Shown here: one piece after another, positions 8,788 through 17,030 of the stretch
Position numbering within the stretch: the first letter of the stretch is position 1
Layout of the letters: each line of letters opens with the position of its first letter
Source of the DNA: Actinomycetes bacterium
GTDB taxonomy: Bacteria; Actinomycetota; Acidimicrobiia; IMCC26256; Chersky-534
DNA length: 61,335 nt
Direction: 5' to 3'
Assembly (NCBI GenBank): GCA_025463865.1
Contig: JAODBH010000083.1
Location: 1-61,335, forward strand
Notes under the pieces: generated by a model
Databases searched by the model: none
What the model was told of the DNA's origin: nothing
What the model saw: the letters and a program-made list of their open reading frames with translations, nothing else
Made by a program: the position numbers and the translations under genes

Positions 8788-10707
8788 TCACGTGCAGTGG
8801 TCGCTCGGCGACACATCGAGCGCCGGGTTGCGGTCGAAGAAGCCGACCGGAACGAGCTGAAACCCGGTGTACTCGACCGGCATCACCGGCCAGTCCTCCG
8901 GTCGCGGGATGTGGGTCACCCCGAACGTGTGCCAGACGACGACGTCGGTCGCCTCGATCGGCCGGTTGGCTGCGGTCCAGGTCGGGAGCCCCGCCCCACC
9001 CGCGTGCTGGTTCGGGTGGTCCCCCGCCGCGCGCCATTCCTTCCGGTCGTACGGGGTCACCCAGAGGTTCCGGGTGGCGAAGCCCGCTCGCCGGCCGACG
9101 CTCGAAGTTGGATCCGCGAGCAGTGTCGGCGTCGACGCAGGGACGAGCTTGTACGCGACCGGCTCCCCGAGGCCGTTGCGGACCTCCGGATTCACGATCT
9201 TCCAGATGCGGCTGCGGAGAGGGTCGACCACCCGCTGGGCCTCGAGCTCGGTCCGCAACGGCGTGGCGACGCTGAGAATCGTGTTGCCGAGCGGGTTGTC
9301 CGGTCCCGCCGGAGCCGCGACCGCGTCCACCTCGTAGACCGTGTTGCGGGGACCGTCGACGTCGAAGTCGAGCCGCACGTTGAAGAGGTGCTGGTGATAC
9401 GGCGCCGCGAGCTGCGGCGCAACGATCGATCCGTTGGTCGGACGTTCCCCCGGGGCGAGCGCCATCGTCGACATGATCCCGGTGAGCTTCACCTCCAGCT
9501 GCATCGAGCCGTCGAGGTAGAAGTACCAGTAGAAGCCGTATTCGTAGTTGCCGACGGTCGCGATCGAGCTCACCACCAGGCGTCGGGACCGGCGGACCTC
9601 GGTGGTGCCACCCTGCATGTCGACGTGCTTCCAGAGGATCCCGTAGTCCTCCTCGTGCATGCAGATCGCGTGCGCGAGGGTGTACGGGACGCCGCCTTCG
9701 GTCGCGAAGTTGACGTCGAAGTAGTGGATCTCACCCACGCAGTCGCAGCCCAAGGTGAGGGAGTTGGCCATGCGGCCGAGTCCCCACTCCCCGATGTCGA
9801 AGGCGTTCTTCCAACCGTGCATCGGCCCGGGATCGCCGTACGGGACGACCATCTCCGACACCGCGGCGCGGTGCAGGATCGGGCGGACCCGGCCACCGTC
9901 CTCGTAGCCGATCGTGTGGAGGACAAGACCCTCGTACGGGTCCATCGACACGCGGAACGACCAGCGTTGCCACTCGACGAGGTTGCCGTCGACGGTGAAG
10001 CTCGGGCCTTCGGGCTGCGTGATCGTCAACGGCTTCAGATCCGTGCGGGCCGGTCCGACCGAGTCACCCCTGTAGTTGCCGCGTTCCGGAGGGATGGGCA
10101 CGACGCCGTAGTCGACGACCTCCAGCACCTCTTGTCGGCCGTGATCCACGAACGCGATGACACCCTCGATGGGCCGGGCGTAGCCGTTGTCGGTGGGGTC
10201 CTCCCGGTAATAGAAGATGCAGCGGCTGATCCGGCGGTCGTCCTCGTGCGCGACGCCGAAGTTGCCCGACGGCCACGGGTCGACCTGGACCTTGGCGAAG
10301 TCGGTGATGCCGCGCAGCCGCATCGCGGCCTGCCAGTCGGCGTTGTCCTTCACGGCGCGGATCGCGTGCATCGACTCCTCGAAGAGGAGCGCGGGCCGCG
10401 TCTCGGGACACTCCAGCCAGGAGGTGACCGAACCGTCGAGACTCACGACCGCCTCGATCACGTGCGCGGTCGGACCCGGAACGATGACGAGTCGCACCCT
10501 ACGAGGCGGGAACGCGCCGTCAACGAGCTGCGTGACCGCGTCCTTCACCGGCTCGTCGAGGCCGATGTAGGCAAACCGTGCCGCTTCGGGCAGGCTGCGC
10601 TCGGCCCGGACGATGGCCACGGCGCGCTCGATCTCGTCGGGGCGCAGCATCGCCAACGGATGCGCCGGCGCGGGAGCGACCGGTGCGGCTGCTTCGGGCT
10701 GGGTCAT
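8788..10707 (-). CDS. Copper-containing primary amine oxidase (topaquinone enzyme)
   Basis: TPQ precursor consensus TVGNYEYGFYWYFYLDG. Cu-ligand His contexts HQHLFNVRLD and WHTFGVTHIPRPEDWPVMP. ATG 10707 preceded by GAGGAG. Confidence 0.9.
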   Translation of the reverse strand: MTQPEAAAPVAPAPAHPLAMLRPDEIERAVAIVRAERSLPEAARFAYIGLDEPVKDAVTQLVDGAFPPRRVRLVIVPGPTAHVIEAVVSLDGSVTSWLECPETRPALLFEESMHAIRAVKDNADWQAAMRLRGITDFAKVQVDPWPSGNFGVAHEDDRRISRCIFYYREDPTDNGYARPIEGVIAFVDHGRQEVLEVVDYGVVPIPPERGNYRGDSVGPARTDLKPLTITQPEGPSFTVDGNLVEWQRWSFRVSMDPYEGLVLHTIGYEDGGRVRPILHRAAVSEMVVPYGDPGPMHGWKNAFDIGEWGLGRMANSLTLGCDCVGEIHYFDVNFATEGGVPYTLAHAICMHEEDYGILWKHVDMQGGTTEVRRSRRLVVSSIATVGNYEYGFYWYFYLDGSMQLEVKLTGIMSTMALAPGERPTNGSIVAPQLAAPYHQHLFNVRLDFDVDGPRNTVYEVDAVAAPAGPDNPLGNTILSVATPLRTELEAQRVVDPLRSRIWKIVNPEVRNGLGEPVAYKLVPASTPTLLADPTSSVGRRAGFATRNLWVTPYDRKEWRAAGDHPNQHAGGAGLPTWTAANRPIEATDVVVWHTFGVTHIPRPEDWPVMPVEYTGFQLVPVGFFDRNPALDVSPSDHCT

Positions 10708-10804
10708 GCCACTCCTCGGTCGGCGTTCTGACGGGATGCGTACCCCCCGCGGTCACGGTGGTGCAAGCGACGGCTTGTGCCGGGCGCCGGGTGCGCGGTC
10801 ATGG

Positions 10805-11779
10805 TCACGAGCAGTGCGGGACGACCTCGGTGGCGAACCGCTCGAGCTGCACCTCGAGCTCCTCGGGCGACCTGTCCGCCGCGCTGGTCCAGAAGCGCAG
10901 CGTGAGGTGCTCGACGCCCGCTTCGGCGAACAGCTCGACGTCTTCGATCAGCTGCTCGACGGTGCCGGTGAAACGGGGCCGGCCGTCGGGGGCGCGCGGG
11001 ACCGACGGCGAGTAGCCGTACTCCGGTCGGGCGAGCGCGACCGGCGCGGGCACCTCCCAGTCGGTCCGCGGGCGGTCGAGGACGCTCCCCGCGGGGCAGC
11101 TGAAGGAGAACGTGAACGGCCGGTCGATCCCGCCAGCCTCCCGCAGCTCGGTGATGTGCGCGCGCGCCGACCTGTAGCGCTCGGGTGTGGGCCAGAGCGG
11201 GTGCCAGCCATCGCCCAGCACAGCAGCCCGGCGGAGCGCGCGATCGATGTTGCCGCCCACCCACAACGGCACCCCGCCGGCAGCGGGCTTCACCGCCAGG
11301 TGCACCGCCTCGACGTCGACGAACGTGCCGCGGAACGCCACCGGATCAGGCGTGCTCCACACGTGGCGCCAGAACTCGAGGTATTCGTCGGTCATCGCGC
11401 CCCGGGTCTCGTACGGGATGCCGAGCGCGTCGAACTCGCCCTCGAGGTAGCCCACACCGATCCCCAGCACGAGGCGGCCCGGCCCGAACCCGTCGGCCGA
11501 CGCGGCCATCTTGGCCAAGAGCACCGCATTCCGGTACGGCGCGACCAGGACGTCGACCCCGAGGTGGATCCGCTCGGTGGCGCCCATCGCGATGAGGCAG
11601 CACGTGAGCGGTTCGAGCTGCGGCGAGGGCATCCACGACACGGCGTAGTCCGGGACGACCACGTGGTCGGCGAACCAGGCGCCCTCGTAGCCGAGACGCT
11701 CGGCGGTCCGGATCAGTCGGAGCAGCAGCTCCGGGTTCCCGTAGCGCCCGTAGCTCGGGACCACCACGCCGAAGCGCAC
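10805..11779 (-). CDS. LLM-class (luciferase-like) F420-dependent oxidoreductase
   Basis: GTG start. MRFGVVVP...LGYEGAWFADHV and a TIM-barrel LLM pattern typical of the TIGR03619-like F420 subfamily (by eye). Confidence 0.75.
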   Translation of the reverse strand: MRFGVVVPSYGRYGNPELLLRLIRTAERLGYEGAWFADHVVVPDYAVSWMPSPQLEPLTCCLIAMGATERIHLGVDVLVAPYRNAVLLAKMAASADGFGPGRLVLGIGVGYLEGEFDALGIPYETRGAMTDEYLEFWRHVWSTPDPVAFRGTFVDVEAVHLAVKPAAGGVPLWVGGNIDRALRRAAVLGDGWHPLWPTPERYRSARAHITELREAGGIDRPFTFSFSCPAGSVLDRPRTDWEVPAPVALARPEYGYSPSVPRAPDGRPRFTGTVEQLIEDVELFAEAGVEHLTLRFWTSAADRSPEELEVQLERFATEVVPHCS

Positions 11780-11785
11780 GCGCGG

Positions 11786-12193
11786 CTACGGCTTCCGGGT
11801 CAGCGCGACGACCGGGATGACCCGGCTCGTCTTTCCCTCGTACTCCTTGAAGCCGGGCATCACCTCGGCCTGCTGTGCGAAGAGCGCGTCGCGCTCGGCG
11901 CCCTTCAGCACCTCGGCCTCCACCGCGAACGAGTCGGCACCGACCTCGACCGTCGCCGTGGGGTGCGCGACGAGGTTGTGAAACCAATCGGGGTTGGTGT
12001 CGGCGCCGGCCTTCGACGCGAAGATCACGATCCGGTCGCCGTCGGGGAGATACACGAGCGGAGTGGTGCGCGCGAGGTTGCTCTTGGCGCCGATCGTCGT
12101 GAGCAACAGGAGCGGAGCGCCCTCGAAGTCGCCGCCGACCTTGCCCCCGTTCGCGCGGAACTCTTGGATGATCTGGCTGTTGAAGTCGGCCAC
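11786..12193 (-). CDS. Deazaflavin (F420H2)-dependent nitroreductase family protein (Ddn/DUF385-like)
   Basis: FNSQIIQEFRANGGKVGG.F.GAPLLLLTT.GAKS...RTTPL.YL.DGDR..IFASKAG....PDWFHNL is the characteristic Ddn-family N terminus. Confidence 0.75.
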   Translation of the reverse strand: MADFNSQIIQEFRANGGKVGGDFEGAPLLLLTTIGAKSNLARTTPLVYLPDGDRIVIFASKAGADTNPDWFHNLVAHPTATVEVGADSFAVEAEVLKGAERDALFAQQAEVMPGFKEYEGKTSRVIPVVALTRKP

Positions 12194-12223
12194 AGGTTCC
12201 TTCGGGGTGGGAGAACGGTCGGC

Positions 12224-13453
12224 TCAGGCGGCCGAGAACGGGACGTTCGAGTAGCCGGCGACGTTCGACATGTGGACGCGCTGCAGGCCCTCCTCGTCGA
12301 TCTCGAAACGCGGGTACCGCCGGGAAAGCTCCTCGAAGGCGACCCGGCTCTCCATGCGGGCGAGGAAGGCCCCGATGCACAGGTGGATACCGTGGCCGAA
12401 CCCGACCGACATCCGCTGTTCGCGTTGGATGTCGAAGGCATCGGGATCGTCGAAGGCGCGCGGGTCGTGCGTGGCCGCGCCCGTGAGCAGGAGCACCGGC
12501 TCGTTCGCCGGGATCGTCTCTCCGTGCCAGGTCGACTCGCGGTGGCTGAACCGGCCCTGGTACTGCGACGGCGGCGCGATGCGGAGGGTCTCCTCCACCG
12601 CTCCCGGGACCAGGCTCGGATCATCGACGACCTTCTGCCACTGATCGGGGTTGCGCGCGAACTGCACGATGCCGCTGCCGACCAGCTTGGTGACGGTCTC
12701 GCTCCCGGCTGCGGCCATGAGCGTGGCGAATCCCGCGATCTCGGCGTCGGTGAGGCGGGTCATGGTGCCGTCGTCGTCGCGCACGACCTCGACGTCACAC
12801 AGGCGGCTGATCATCAGGCCGTCGGGGTTGCGTCGCTTCTCCTGCACGATCTCCCAGAAGCGCACGCCCATGTCGAAACCGGCCTGCACGCTTTCGGGCG
12901 GCGCTTCGGCCTTGCCGTCTTCACGGCTCAGCATCAGATCGGTCCAGTGCCGGACCTGCTGGCGCGACTCCTTGGGCACCCCGAGCATCATCGAGATGAC
13001 CTCGACGGGGAACGGACCCGAGAAGTCCGCGACGACGTCGAAGTTGCGAGGGTCGGGAAGTTCGTCGAGCAGTGATCGCATGAGCTCGCGCGCGTCCGGT
13101 TCGAGCGCCTCGATCGCCTTGGGCGCGAAGACGCGGCTCACGAGCTTGCGCATCCGCTCGTGCTCGGGCGGGTCCTGCATGATCATCGATTCCTGGACCG
13201 CCGACGTGCGCGAGCACAACTGGTCGAGGGTCAGGCCGTGGGTGCTGCTGAAGGTCTGCCAATCACGGTGCGCGGCAAGCACGTCGTCGTGTCGCGACAG
13301 GGCGTAGAAGCCGTACTCCTCGTTGTGGTACACGGGCGCCTCGTCACGGAGGCGCTGGTACGTCGGGTACGGGTCGTCGAAGAACGTCGGGGACAGCGGG
13401 TCGAACTCGACGGCCGATTCCCCTGACGCGGGCGGGTGCAGAACGTCAGCCAT
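12224..13453 (-). CDS. Cytochrome P450
   Basis: Heme-thiolate loop FGHGIHLCIGAFLAR, EETLR K-helix motif and AAGSETV I-helix motif. Confidence 0.9.
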   Translation of the reverse strand: MADVLHPPASGESAVEFDPLSPTFFDDPYPTYQRLRDEAPVYHNEEYGFYALSRHDDVLAAHRDWQTFSSTHGLTLDQLCSRTSAVQESMIMQDPPEHERMRKLVSRVFAPKAIEALEPDARELMRSLLDELPDPRNFDVVADFSGPFPVEVISMMLGVPKESRQQVRHWTDLMLSREDGKAEAPPESVQAGFDMGVRFWEIVQEKRRNPDGLMISRLCDVEVVRDDDGTMTRLTDAEIAGFATLMAAAGSETVTKLVGSGIVQFARNPDQWQKVVDDPSLVPGAVEETLRIAPPSQYQGRFSHRESTWHGETIPANEPVLLLTGAATHDPRAFDDPDAFDIQREQRMSVGFGHGIHLCIGAFLARMESRVAFEELSRRYPRFEIDEEGLQRVHMSNVAGYSNVPFSAA

Positions 13454-13496
13454 CGGCCAAGGCTAGCGCTAGCGACGCGGCCCGGCCCGTGCCCGC

Positions 13497-14951
13497 TCAG
13501 GCCGGCGGCTCGTATCCCGCGGGCAGCGACACCGACTTGTACTCGAGGTACGTGGAGAGACCTTCGGGGCCGAGCTCGCGGCCGAGACCGCTCTCCTTGT
13601 AGCCACCGAAGGGCGCCCCGAACTCCAGCATCATCCCGTTGACCGTGTAGGTACCGGTACGGACCTGGCGCGCGATGTCGATGCCGTGTTCCACGTCGGA
13701 GGACCAGACGGTGCCGGCCAGGCCGTAGTTCGAGTCGTTGGCGATGCGGATCGCGTCGGCTTCGTCGTCGAAGGGGATGACCGCGATGACCGGGCCGAAG
13801 ATCTCCTCCTGCGCGATGCGCATCGAGTTGTCGACGTTGGCGAACAGCGTGGGCTCGACGAACCACCCGCGGTCCTGGCCCGCGGGACGACCCCCACCGA
13901 TGGTGATCTTCGCGCCTTCTTCCTGACCGAGCTTGATGTAGCCCTCGACCCGGTCCCGCTGCCGCGAGGCCACCAACGGACCCACGTCCGTGGCCATGTC
14001 CATCGGATCGCCCACGCTCAGGCCGCGCATCTTCTCGGTGATCGCCTCGACCACGGAGTCGTACTGGTCGCGCGAAGCGAGGATCCGGGTCTGGGCGACG
14101 CAGGCCTGGCCGTTGTTCATCAGCGAGGCGAAGGTGATCTGGTTCACGTAGTTCTCGAGGCCTTCGGCGTCGAGGATGATCGCCGCGCTCTTGCCGCCGA
14201 GCTCGAGGCTGACCCGCTTGAGCTGTGCCCCGGCGAGAGCGGCGATCGTCTTCCCCGCCGCGGTGCTGCCGGTGAAGGCGATCTTGTCGATGCCCGGGTG
14301 GGTGACGATGTGCTCCCCAACCTCGCGCCCGGCCGGGACGATGTTGACCACACCCTTCGGAACGCCGGCCTCGGTCAGCGCGTCGGCGAGCAGGATCGCG
14401 TCGAGCGGGGTCTCCGGTGCCGGCTTCAGCACCATCGTGCAGCCGGCCGCGAGCGCGGGGGCGAGCTTCGTCATGGTGACGAACATCGGCACGTTCCACG
14501 GAACGATCGCGCCGACGACGCCGACCGGCTCCCGCAGCACCAGCGCGGGTCCCATGACCCCCTGCCGGAGTTCTTCGAAGGCGTACGTCCTCGCGAGGTC
14601 GACGTAGTAGTTGAGGATCATGATCGGCGCGAACGCCTGGCCCATGGTCGAGAAGTTGAGGGGCGAGCCCATCTCGCCGGTGATGGTCGCCGCGATCTCG
14701 TCGACCCGGCCGGTCAGGATCTCCGAGAGCTTGGCCAGCACATCCGCGCGTTCGCCGGGGCTCATCCGCGGCCACGGGCCGCGGTCGAACGCCTCGCGTG
14801 CCGCGGTGACCGCCCGGTCCACGTCGGCGGTCGTCGAGTCGGGAACCGACGCGATGACCTCTTCGGTGAACGGCGAGACCACCTCGATCGTGCCGGTGCC
14901 GGCCGGAGTGACCCAGTCGCCTCCGATGAACAACTTGTCATGCACCTTCAC
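13497..14951 (-). CDS. NAD(P)-dependent aldehyde dehydrogenase
   Basis: Catalytic Glu context ELGGKSAAII, catalytic Cys context NNGQACVAQTR, and the FTGST motif. GTG start preceded by GAGGAGG. Confidence 0.9.
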   Translation of the reverse strand: MKVHDKLFIGGDWVTPAGTGTIEVVSPFTEEVIASVPDSTTADVDRAVTAAREAFDRGPWPRMSPGERADVLAKLSEILTGRVDEIAATITGEMGSPLNFSTMGQAFAPIMILNYYVDLARTYAFEELRQGVMGPALVLREPVGVVGAIVPWNVPMFVTMTKLAPALAAGCTMVLKPAPETPLDAILLADALTEAGVPKGVVNIVPAGREVGEHIVTHPGIDKIAFTGSTAAGKTIAALAGAQLKRVSLELGGKSAAIILDAEGLENYVNQITFASLMNNGQACVAQTRILASRDQYDSVVEAITEKMRGLSVGDPMDMATDVGPLVASRQRDRVEGYIKLGQEEGAKITIGGGRPAGQDRGWFVEPTLFANVDNSMRIAQEEIFGPVIAVIPFDDEADAIRIANDSNYGLAGTVWSSDVEHGIDIARQVRTGTYTVNGMMLEFGAPFGGYKESGLGRELGPEGLSTYLEYKSVSLPAGYEPPA

Positions 14952-15003
14952 GACGAGCCTCCTCGCGACAGCGGTCCGGCGATGCTAACGGCGAGCCGAG
15001 ACG

Positions 15004-15038
15004 AAAAAAATCGGACGGTCAGACCCGAATCGTCGGGT
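15004..15038 (-). terminator. Possible intrinsic terminator after the small membrane-protein gene
   Basis: On the minus strand, short stems (ACCCGA/TCGGGT; TCGG..CCGA) are followed directly by a T7 run (A7 at 15004..15010 on plus). That run is exceptional in this GC-rich sequence. The stems are weak. Confidence 0.3.
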
Positions 15039-15039
15039 T

Positions 15040-15315
15040 TCAACCCGCCACGAGCGACGCCAGCCCCCAGATCATGATGACCAGACCCAGGGCCAGAAAC
15101 ACGAGGCTGCGCCCGATCGGCGCCTCGGGCAGGTCGAGCGCCTGGGCGACGCGGTCCGGAGGGCGGTACCGCGACGGTCGTGGACCGCGGGCGAGCCCGG
15201 TCACGGTCCGCCGGTGGTCGGCGCGCCGTCGGACGAGCGCGTACAAGTTGCCGACGAAGAGAGCGGCGCCGAGCGCCAGCAACAACTCCCGCAGCACCTC
15301 GTCGTAGAAGCTCAC
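15040..15315 (-). CDS. Small two-TM membrane protein, function unknown
   Basis: 91 aa with two hydrophobic helices (LLLALGAALFVGNLYALV; SLVFLALGLVIMIWGLASLVA) separated by a basic loop. Confidence 0.45.
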   Translation of the reverse strand: MSFYDEVLRELLLALGAALFVGNLYALVRRRADHRRTVTGLARGPRPSRYRPPDRVAQALDLPEAPIGRSLVFLALGLVIMIWGLASLVAG

Positions 15316-15375
15316 GTCGGAATCGTACCGGCGGCCGATCCCGCGCCCGGGGTCGGGGACCGAAGGCCGGCCGGC

Positions 15376-16029
15376 TCAGCGGAACGGAGCGACGAGCGCG
15401 TTCACGTCGGCCTCGGTCGCTGTCTCCTGCACCGAAGTCGCCGTCGTGGTGTCGGTCCCCGACTTCCGCACCACGACCTTCCGGACCGGTACCCCGTTGG
15501 CGAGGAAGCAGAGGTCGGTACGTTGACCGAAGTCGAGCCGGCCGGCCTTCGGCGTGACCGCGACGCGGAAGCACGCCGCGCTCCGGCCCAGCACCGAGCG
15601 GCTCGCCGCACGCCGCACCGTGTACCAACCGAGGCGCGGGTCGGTCACGGTGCGGATGGCGGCCGCACCCGCGTCGGGCGCGTCCGCGGTCGCGGCCGGC
15701 GAGCACGTCGGGGTACCGGCCGCGGAGGAGCATTCCACCGCGGTGCCACGGAGCGTCCCGGACAGCGAACCCGACGCCACGTTCAGATGGGTGGCGGGCG
15801 GGAGGTTGAGCTCCGCCACGGCGTCGCGGAGCGTCCGTCCGTCACGCAACCTGCGGTGGAAGCTCGATCGCACGAACCAGGGAGTGCCGGCGCTCTGCTC
15901 CATGCGGTGCTCGAGCGCGGTCGCGGCGGCCGGATCGTTCGTCGGTGGCTTCGCGCCCGCGTCCGCGCCGCCGCTCGCGCACGCGGCAAGGGCCAGGCCG
16001 ACGACGAGCGCGAGCGCGCGTCGGATCAA
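15376..16029 (-). CDS. Putative lipoprotein, function unknown
   Basis: TTG 16029 overlaps the upstream stop (TTGA). LIRRALALVVGLALAA-C lipobox followed by an ASGGADAG linker. Several Cys in the mature part. Confidence 0.5.
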   Translation of the reverse strand: MIRRALALVVGLALAACASGGADAGAKPPTNDPAAATALEHRMEQSAGTPWFVRSSFHRRLRDGRTLRDAVAELNLPPATHLNVASGSLSGTLRGTAVECSSAAGTPTCSPAATADAPDAGAAAIRTVTDPRLGWYTVRRAASRSVLGRSAACFRVAVTPKAGRLDFGQRTDLCFLANGVPVRKVVVRKSGTDTTTATSVQETATEADVNALVAPFR

Positions 16030-16235
16030 TCGTCTTTGAGCGCGACCGCGTTCGGCGTCACGTTCATCTTCGGGATGTACTCGGTCTCCACGGTCTCGGC
16101 CGCGACCGTCATCGTCGACCGCAGCTGCGCGACGCAGGCGCGGCACGGACCCCAGAAGCGCGCCTCGACCTCCGAGCCGCAACGGGGGCACTGGAACGCG
16201 ATCGGCGTGAGATCGGTGTCGGTCATGGCGATCAC
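16026..16235 (-). CDS. Small Cys4 zinc-ribbon protein, function unknown
   Basis: 69 aa with CPRC-x11-CRAC. Translationally coupled to the downstream lipoprotein gene. Confidence 0.5.
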   Translation of the reverse strand: MIAMTDTDLTPIAFQCPRCGSEVEARFWGPCRACVAQLRSTMTVAAETVETEYIPKMNVTPNAVALKDD

Positions 16236-16336
16236 GCTAGCGACGCCGACCGGCCGCGCGGTTCACCACGCGCAGGCTGCGCCGCGGTTGGCCCGACGGC
16301 TGGTTGACCTGGGCCTGAATCTCTTACGCTCTCGCC

Positions 16337-16996
16337 ATGGAACTCCTCCCCCGTGAACTCTTGGTCAAGACGAACGATCTCGATCAAGCCGAATGGAACT
16401 ACAAGCCGGTGCTCGGATACATCGAGCGTCGGCGCTACCAGCTGCTCGTGAAGCTGCTCGGTACCGAGCACTTCGCGGATGCGCTCGAGGTCGGATACGG
16501 GAGCGGCGTCTTCCTTCCCGAGCTCGCGCGGCACGCCTCCGCCGTGAGCGGCGTCGACCCCCACGATCGCGCCCAGGACGTGAACGTGGCGCTCGAGAAG
16601 GTCGGCGTGACCGCGACGCTCTACTCTGCACCCGGAGAGCAGCTCCCGATGGCGGACGCCTCCTACGACCTCATCGTGGTGGTCAGCGCGCTCGAGTTCG
16701 TCACCGACATCGACAAGGTGTGCAGCGAGATGCGCCGGGTCCTCACGACCGACGGGACGCTCGTTGTCATTACGCCGGGTCAGTCGAAGCTCATCGACCT
16801 CGGCCTGCGCGTGTTGAGCGGCGAGAAGGCCGAGGACACGTTCTCGGGCGGCCGGGCGAAGGTGATACCGACGCTGCGTCGTTACTTCACCGACGTCGAG
16901 ATCGCGGAGTTCCCGCCGCTCGCGCCGCGGAGCCTGCGGCTCTATACCGCGCTCAAGATGAAGCCACGCCACGATGAGGCGCCCCCGGCCGGCTGA
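16337..16996 (+). CDS. Class I SAM-dependent methyltransferase
   Basis: Motif I ALEVGYGSGVF, acidic loop, and motif post-II YDLIVVVSALEF. Confidence 0.7.
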   Translation: MELLPRELLVKTNDLDQAEWNYKPVLGYIERRRYQLLVKLLGTEHFADALEVGYGSGVFLPELARHASAVSGVDPHDRAQDVNVALEKVGVTATLYSAPGEQLPMADASYDLIVVVSALEFVTDIDKVCSEMRRVLTTDGTLVVITPGQSKLIDLGLRVLSGEKAEDTFSGGRAKVIPTLRRYFTDVEIAEFPPLAPRSLRLYTALKMKPRHDEAPPAG

Positions 16997-17030
16997 CCTG
17001 GACCCTCGGCGGCGGGCAGGCCGAGTACAG

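Noticed and set aside
8784-8797. parS-like sequence ATTTCACGTGCAGT near the amine-oxidase stop.
   Set aside because: Only about 10 of 14 positions match the parS core and one half-site is lost. It lies 35 kb from the parAB locus, so it is most likely a chance CACGTG-centred match.
8710-10731. Very long ORFs antisense to, or out of frame with, well-supported genes. Examples: 8710..10731 (+) opposite the amine oxidase, 10613..13075 (+), 46773..48650 (-) opposite dnaA, 51463..53781 (-) opposite gyrB, and 16974..18821 (+) opposite dnaB.
   Set aside because: Shadow ORFs of this kind are expected at about 70% GC because stop codons are rare. Their translations are Arg/Gly/Asp-rich low-complexity strings with no motifs, while the opposite-strand genes have unambiguous family signatures.
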